The notes beneath the pieces are model-generated. The model was not told where the DNA came from and searched no databases. It worked only from the letters and a program-made list of their open reading frames with translations. Position numbers and translations under genes: made by a program. A stretch of 40,782 nucleotides of DNA from a virus (lineage: Duplodnaviria; Caudoviricetes). Of the stretch, positions 35,400 through 40,782 are shown piece by piece (positions within the stretch are counted from its first letter, which is position 1; each line of letters opens with the position of its first letter). The stretch spans positions 1 through 40,782 of the IMG/VR virus record IMGVR_UViG_3300030397_000385. The stretch is one strand, 5' to 3'.

Positions 35400-38026
35400 T
35401 AATTATTCCTCGTTGATGCACGACGAGCTGCGGCAGAAGCACGCGCCATAAGCTGTGACTGCGAGCGACCGAAGCTGTCTGCGTCAGGTGTAGTGATGTT
35501 AAAGTTAAAGTTGTTGACTGTCTCACCACCTGATTTGCTTTCGCCAGGTGGAGTTACTGTCACATTCTCACCATCACGCGCTCTGAACGCGATTAGACGA
35601 TTATCTGTACCGCCAAGATTACCTACTGCCGAACCAGAGTCAACGTCAAAGCTACCGCCTCGTGCAAAACCTGGTAAACCGCCAAATAAACTACCGATAC
35701 CTGAAAGGATGCCTTCAAATGCACCACCGCCACTACCTACTGCTCCACCGCCTAAGCCGAAGAGCTGAGCAATTGAGTCACGGAAGGCGATTCGTGTCAA
35801 GTCAGCCAGGATAGAATCAACTAAGCTTGAGAAGCTCAATTTACCAGTCTGGGTGAACTCAACAAAGGCGTCTTCTAGACTACGGAAGGTGCCGCCGACA
35901 AAGTTCTCTGCTGTTTCTGCAAAGTTTGTCAAGCTATCTTCAAGTCGTAGGATACCGCGTTCAAAACCGTCAACGCCAACTGTTGAGGCGTCAAGAAGGT
36001 CAAGTTTAATGTCTCTTAAAATACTATCGTATTCAGTAAGTGTAATCAAACTTTGAGCCAGCAAGTTATCTGCAGCACGTAAGCTTTGATTGTACTGGTT
36101 CTGAGCACCATTCAGTTCTTGTAGCAGTCGTTGCTGCTCGCCCAGTGTTTCTGAGAACTCACGCTGCTGTGTGACCAACTCGCGGATTTGTTGAGCCTGA
36201 GAGGCTGTCACTTCACGACCGTTATCAAGCTGACGGTTGATAATGTTTTGAGCCGCTGCAAAGTCCTCAGCTTCATTGGTAGTCAATGTTAACTGTTGAG
36301 CTAAGATAGAATTCTCACGAATCAAGTCCGCAATCACTTCAGCAGTAGATTCACCTGATTGTTTAAGCTTCTCTAAGCCATCAGTCTCTACATCTTCTGC
36401 TCCAACGCCTAACTGACGGTTAAGAGCGTCTTTACCTTCAAGTTCTAAAGCTTCGCGGGCTAATGCAATTTCAGCAGCACGATTCTTGATTCGAGTTACC
36501 AGGTCGTCAAGCGGAGTCAGTACTCCGTCAATAGCATTGCCTACAAAGTCAGTATTGAAGGCATCAGAGATAATCCCGTTGAATTCAGCAGAGAATTGAC
36601 GTGCATTACGTCGTGCATCTTCATCGAATTCAAGGCGTGGTACGCTAACTCGTAGGTCATCAAGGTCAAGTAAGTCTGCAACGGCATTAATTGAAGCTTC
36701 AACGCCTGTGATTAAAGTATTGCCTAGCTCAGTAATGTCCGTCTTAACAATGTCAATTAAAGCATCAAAGCCGCGTTCAAAGATTAACTGAGTAGCGTTA
36801 AATGCTCCCACCCAGAAGCCAATGATGTTGTTCTGCCACCCGATTAAGAATTCCAGGATAGCTCGGCCTGCTGTAGTCACCGTATCAATTAAACTAGTAA
36901 ACTTAACGCCTGCTGCATCAATGAAGTCCCCTACTGACGGGAACACATCTGCAAAGTCTTCTTTAATCAAGGAGCCGACTGCGCTGAAGGTGTCACCTAA
37001 CGTGATGATGTCATTTTCAAACGGGCGAATCTTGTCTTGGAACGCAACTAAGCCTGCAGCAACTGCTGTTAAACCTGCAACAACCGCACCGATAGGGTTT
37101 GCAACCAAGAATGGGATTAAAGCTGCAAGCGCAACTTTCAAGCCTTGAATAGCTGTGATAATCTGTCCAATCGCACCTGCAATTGCACCAGCTGCCAATA
37201 CTGAACCTGCGGCTAGTACTGCTTTAGCTAGGCTATCAAAATTATCCGCTAAGAAGGTGATAGCGCTCGACAATGTTCGAGAAATACCTGCCGCTTGGTC
37301 AGCTTGGCCGATAAACTTCAAGAAGGCATTATCTAATTGAGTTAACGCAAACGAAATTGAAGGTATAAATTTTTCAAATTCTTTATCTACTACGTCAATC
37401 TGTGAACGCAAGGCGTCCAATACTGTTTGAGCTGTCAGTTTACCTTGAGCACCTAATTCCCGTAGTTTCTGGAAGGGTACTCCTAAGCCATCTGCTACAG
37501 CTTGACCAACACGTGGAATGTTCTCTAGGATGGAACGTAATTCGTCACCGCCTAAACGGTCAGAACCGATAGCCTGTGCTAACTGTACGAGACCGGCTTG
37601 AGCAGCCTGGATAGTAGGGGACGATAGAGCTGTTGCCTGGTTAATAGATTCTGTAATATCTAGCAATTCACGCTGAGTAATGTTCAACTCTGAAACGGAA
37701 CGGGCTAGACGGGCATATAGAGTACCTGCGTCTTCAAGACGGGTGAAGGTACGTTGGGAAATGCCAAATAGTTCTTCCGTTACTATATTAAGCTCCGCAG
37801 TGCCTTCAGTTACCAAGCGTAAGCGGTTTTGTAGCAATGTGAACGTATCGGCGTATTGTTGAAGCGCACGAATAGTCAGAAAGCCGCCGAGAGCCGTGAG
37901 TGCACGGTCCAAGTTACCGACTGAACGGCTGGCTCGCACTGACTGAGTACGAATATCACCGATGTTGCGGGCAACTGTACGAGCTCCACGGGTGATAAAA
38001 TTAAGAATGACGTCTTCTCTTGCCAT
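35399..38026 (-). CDS. tape measure protein
   Basis: QL.QA.GS..L.GDELRSILEN.P tape-measure domain; lambda-type C-terminal F..F..TGKLSF.SL..SILADL; FARGG. Confidence 0.95.
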   Translation of the reverse strand: MAREDVILNFITRGARTVARNIGDIRTQSVRASRSVGNLDRALTALGGFLTIRALQQYADTFTLLQNRLRLVTEGTAELNIVTEELFGISQRTFTRLEDAGTLYARLARSVSELNITQRELLDITESINQATALSSPTIQAAQAGLVQLAQAIGSDRLGGDELRSILENIPRVGQAVADGLGVPFQKLRELGAQGKLTAQTVLDALRSQIDVVDKEFEKFIPSISFALTQLDNAFLKFIGQADQAAGISRTLSSAITFLADNFDSLAKAVLAAGSVLAAGAIAGAIGQIITAIQGLKVALAALIPFLVANPIGAVVAGLTAVAAGLVAFQDKIRPFENDIITLGDTFSAVGSLIKEDFADVFPSVGDFIDAAGVKFTSLIDTVTTAGRAILEFLIGWQNNIIGFWVGAFNATQLIFERGFDALIDIVKTDITELGNTLITGVEASINAVADLLDLDDLRVSVPRLEFDEDARRNARQFSAEFNGIISDAFNTDFVGNAIDGVLTPLDDLVTRIKNRAAEIALAREALELEGKDALNRQLGVGAEDVETDGLEKLKQSGESTAEVIADLIRENSILAQQLTLTTNEAEDFAAAQNIINRQLDNGREVTASQAQQIRELVTQQREFSETLGEQQRLLQELNGAQNQYNQSLRAADNLLAQSLITLTEYDSILRDIKLDLLDASTVGVDGFERGILRLEDSLTNFAETAENFVGGTFRSLEDAFVEFTQTGKLSFSSLVDSILADLTRIAFRDSIAQLFGLGGGAVGSGGGAFEGILSGIGSLFGGLPGFARGGSFDVDSGSAVGNLGGTDNRLIAFRARDGENVTVTPPGESKSGGETVNNFNFNITTPDADSFGRSQSQLMARASAAARRASTRNN

Positions 38027-38028
38027 GA

Positions 38029-38502
38029 TTATATATCCGAATCGATTCGGTTAGATGTTCCATCTAACCAGCTATTAATTTCTCGATACTCTTGGAGAGC
38101 TCGAGCTACTGCAGTGGCAATTATATTACCACGCGGGGCCTGTGCGGATAAACCAGCTTCCAACAGCACCATCACTGGAGAGTTGTTGACAATGAATAGC
38201 CCTTCGTTTCTTCGTAGTCGTCGGATTGTATTTTTACCGATGGATTTAGTAGCAGTCTTGTTCGCTCCGCGAGCACTGCCTTTAACGCCTTTGAAGTATG
38301 GAGGAATGAGTCCTGAAGGTGGAACGTTACCAGCGCCTACTTGCCAGTTAGAAACAGTTTCACCAGTGTCTTGGGGAGTCCCATCGACCACGGAATCTAA
38401 AAAAGTAGAGCCGCTCTTCTTACGAGCGGCTAGGGAGGTTTTTTCGAAGTTCTTCTCCCATTCTAAAATTGTCTTTGGTAGGTCTTCAAACGGAATAGCC
38501 AT
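38029..38502 (-). CDS. tail completion / HK97 gp10-like neck protein
   Basis: TP.DTG...SNWQV, I.NN.P...LE.G.S.QAP.G motifs. Confidence 0.8.
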   Translation of the reverse strand: MAIPFEDLPKTILEWEKNFEKTSLAARKKSGSTFLDSVVDGTPQDTGETVSNWQVGAGNVPPSGLIPPYFKGVKGSARGANKTATKSIGKNTIRRLRRNEGLFIVNNSPVMVLLEAGLSAQAPRGNIIATAVARALQEYREINSWLDGTSNRIDSDI

Positions 38503-38840
38503 TATTTTGTATCCTGTTCTTCTTGGACCTTCTTAAGCACAAAGTTATCAGTGAGAGTGATTACCTCTATAAAGTCTTCGAGGTCTTCCGGGTCCAGTTC
38601 AAGGTAGTTACCATATTGTATGATAGCATGCCAAGGAATGGAACCCGCACCAAAGCCGTTGGCACGTGTTCCATCTAAAGCTACATAAGCATCAAAGTAT
38701 GGGACGTCAAACTCTGATAGCTCTGGTGCGTTTAAAATAAAGGCTGGTAGTTTCTCGCCTCTATTCTGCGCCATCCGAATAATCTTCTGAGCGGACGCAC
38801 CATGCTTCTTCTGGAACCAAATGACCTCTGCTAGTTTCCC
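38502..38840 (-). CDS. tail assembly chaperone GT extension (read by -1 frameshift)
   Basis: The -1 frame is open from the slippery site through the track ORF 38774-38502; R..GFG.G.IPW.AI..Y motif. Confidence 0.8.
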   Translation of the reverse strand, partial: GKLAEVIWFQKKHGASAQKIIRMAQNRGEKLPAFILNAPELSEFDVPYFDAYVALDGTRANGFGAGSIPWHAIIQYGNYLELDPEDLEDFIEVITLTDNFVLKKVQEEQDTK

Positions 38841-39244
38841 GCGATGTCTTCCGCTTCAACTTCCTTAAATAGGCGGAAGTTCTCAGCATCAGAGATGATT
38901 TGATTGAACAGCTCTGGGAGGTCAGTAAGTAGCTTGACTACGTTGTCCCAAGTGAAGTCCATGGTATTACCTTCTGCATCAGTAACACCAGCCCAGCCTA
39001 GAATGACTGAATCAGCATATACCTTCGCCATGATTTCGTTTTGAGTCTTACGGTCTAGCGTACCAGCTTGGAACGCCTTACGGAAAGGCTTAACGTGCTT
39101 CATGAGGGATTTAGCATACTTCTTGTTCGAACCACCTGCACGAGCAATACGAATAGCGAAATCGCCAAAGTCTAGGTTGATACCTTGGACTTCGACCTTC
39201 TCATCAGTTTGGAATTGTGCATATGGAGAATTTTTAGCAACCAT
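38831..39244 (-). CDS. tail assembly chaperone (G-like)
   Basis: IARAGGSNKKY, ILGW.GV and LL.DLPELF motifs; follows the tail tube gene. Confidence 0.85.
   Translation of the reverse strand: MVAKNSPYAQFQTDEKVEVQGINLDFGDFAIRIARAGGSNKKYAKSLMKHVKPFRKAFQAGTLDRKTQNEIMAKVYADSVILGWAGVTDAEGNTMDFTWDNVVKLLTDLPELFNQIISDAENFRLFKEVEAEDIAGN
38834..38840 (-). other. programmed -1 ribosomal frameshift site GGGAAAC
   Basis: GCG GGA AAC TAG; the -1 frame continues K L A E V I W F Q K K H G ... R M A Q N. Confidence 0.85.
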
Positions 39245-39257
39245 GTCTTTGTTCCTT

Positions 39258-39286
39258 TAAATTAGAAAGGGCTCCGAAGAGCCCTT
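39258..39286 (-). terminator. intrinsic terminator after the major tail gene
   Basis: AAGGGCTC-TTCG-GAGCCCTT followed by TCTAATTT. Confidence 0.75.
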
Positions 39287-39303
39287 AGAACTTTTGCTTA
39301 TGA

Positions 39304-40773
39304 TTACACATCCGCTAGATTTGGAAGGTAGTCATAGTTCATTACACTAAGGGTGTAAGTTAAGTAAGGGTCTCGAGCCGCGTTTTGAGCTAGAGGAACT
39401 TTGATAGGTTCATCTTTCTCTACGGTGATTCGACCTTCACCTAATGATGCCAGAGGCACATCAAACAGTAAGCCAGCGTTGTTCTTAACGAAGGCAAAAT
39501 CCAGCTGGATGTCTTCGTTGTTACGAACTGCTTTCACTAGGTCAACTGTTGTGAAGTAGGCAGTGAAGTTACCGCTCACTACAAAGTTACCTTCAACAAG
39601 GTCAAGGTTACCTAGAACCTTAAGCGCTTTAACAGGGGTAACGTTGTTGTTGATTTCTAGTGAGTAGTCTTCAAAGAAGATACCTTCACCTGACACGCTT
39701 TCACCTTCAATCGTTAGACGAGAGAAGTCGCTTGACGTGTTAAAGGCGTCAGACTCAACTAGGTCAGGACGTGTACCTGCTTTAGGTGACACTTGGTCAA
39801 GGTCAGTATCAGTAGCGATAAAGCCTAGGTCCAAGGTTACTTTTTCAGCAGTGTTCATAGTCACTGTTAGAACGTTCGGCACACAGCCAGTCAAGTACTC
39901 GTACTGGTTGTTCGCCTGGTCTAGAATACGCTCAAACTGATAACAGTGTGAGACAATATCAGCTGGGTCATCTTCGTTGTGAATGAAGTCACCAACAAAT
40001 AGCTGAATGTCAAGACCTGTACCAGTCTCATCGACCATGGTTGCTGACGTCTTATCAAATACAAGCTCATTGGCTGCGATTGAGTAGACACGCGCAAAGC
40101 CGTTGTTTTCAGCGTTCACAAAGCGGTTAGCTGCTAGGTCACCACCGATGAAAATCCATTCACCGACTTCAAGGCCTAGAGTTGTAAAGTCTAGAACAGT
40201 TGAAGTTAGTCGTGGGCGAAGTGGGTCTGTAGATGCATCCACATTCAAGTCGCCTGTGCCTGCAACTTCACCTACAACTTTAATGGTACCAGCCGAAGCG
40301 TCAACTACAACACCTGTCACCTGGACTTCACCAGCGACTGTACCTGTTACTTCGAAAAGACCGTTGTTGCCTGATACGGTGTGACCTTCTGAAAGGATAA
40401 GTTGACCTGCAGAGAAAGGAGATTCATCTGCTACTGAGAAGCCTGTAGCTGTTACTGCAGTAGTAACAGAATTAGCTTTCAGCGTCCAGTTAGCAAACAA
40501 GAAGCCTTGAAGGAAGTCAAACATGTTCTTCTGAGTCAAGTCCATGTTAAAACCGCCAGCAGCTTCCACGTCAACTACCACACCTTTCTTCTCTTGACGA
40601 GACGCACTGATAGGAGCTCGAGCGACGGTTGTCACTGTTGCGCCAAAGTCAGCGAAAGTGTTTACTTCTACCGGAGTCCATACCGCAGAGCCGTCAACCA
40701 CACCTAGTGAGACTTCTTCAGCGTAACGGGTACCTACTCGGTTTGAAGATTTAGTGTTTCCACCTGTAGACAT
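39304..40773 (-). CDS. major tail (tube) protein
   Basis: 489 aa; SSN....YAEE.S.G, R.PI..SRQ.KKG and G.F.VSG..TAYF motifs; upstream of the chaperones and TMP. Confidence 0.85.
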   Translation of the reverse strand: MSTGGNTKSSNRVGTRYAEEVSLGVVDGSAVWTPVEVNTFADFGATVTTVARAPISASRQEKKGVVVDVEAAGGFNMDLTQKNMFDFLQGFLFANWTLKANSVTTAVTATGFSVADESPFSAGQLILSEGHTVSGNNGLFEVTGTVAGEVQVTGVVVDASAGTIKVVGEVAGTGDLNVDASTDPLRPRLTSTVLDFTTLGLEVGEWIFIGGDLAANRFVNAENNGFARVYSIAANELVFDKTSATMVDETGTGLDIQLFVGDFIHNEDDPADIVSHCYQFERILDQANNQYEYLTGCVPNVLTVTMNTAEKVTLDLGFIATDTDLDQVSPKAGTRPDLVESDAFNTSSDFSRLTIEGESVSGEGIFFEDYSLEINNNVTPVKALKVLGNLDLVEGNFVVSGNFTAYFTTVDLVKAVRNNEDIQLDFAFVKNNAGLLFDVPLASLGEGRITVEKDEPIKVPLAQNAARDPYLTYTLSVMNYDYLPNLADV

Positions 40774-40782
40774 GTTATACCT

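Overview
This window is part of a tailed dsDNA phage genome with siphovirus-type tail genes; a marine gammaproteobacterial host is only a guess. No integrase or repressor is visible. The left ~21.5 kb is mostly on the + strand and holds early, replication and nucleotide-metabolism genes: Prim-Pol primase-helicase, an acidic partner protein, DUF2800 (Cas4-like) nuclease, DUF2815 SSB, family A DNA polymerase, RNase H, SNF2-like helicase, a basic DNA-binding protein, tRNA-Asn(GTT), two Myb/SANT-like repeat proteins, a MazG-like+DUF1599 fusion, a thymidylate-synthase homologue, dCMP deaminase, DUF3268 and a PD-(D/E)XK nuclease. The right ~19 kb is on the - strand and holds tail and lysis genes: tail tube, G/GT chaperones with a -1 frameshift, tape measure, DUF2460/DUF2163/NlpC-P60/tail-tip, accessory tail proteins, SleB-like endolysin, holin, Rz/Rz1 and a metallophosphoesterase. 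The most unusual signal is non-coding. A dense cluster of structured RNA elements (13788-14502) surrounds the tRNA and a displaced holin-like gene. One hairpin loop in it displays an anti-Shine-Dalgarno sequence complementary to the RBS of the phage's own endolysin (12 nt) and SSB (11 nt) genes. Separately, a ~100-nt candidate sRNA (487-586, - strand) has its own promoter, terminator and an anti-RBS/anti-AUG seed. Together these suggest a phage-encoded antisense-RNA layer, possibly for lysis timing; this is inference. All protein family calls come from motif recognition by eye, not from database searches.
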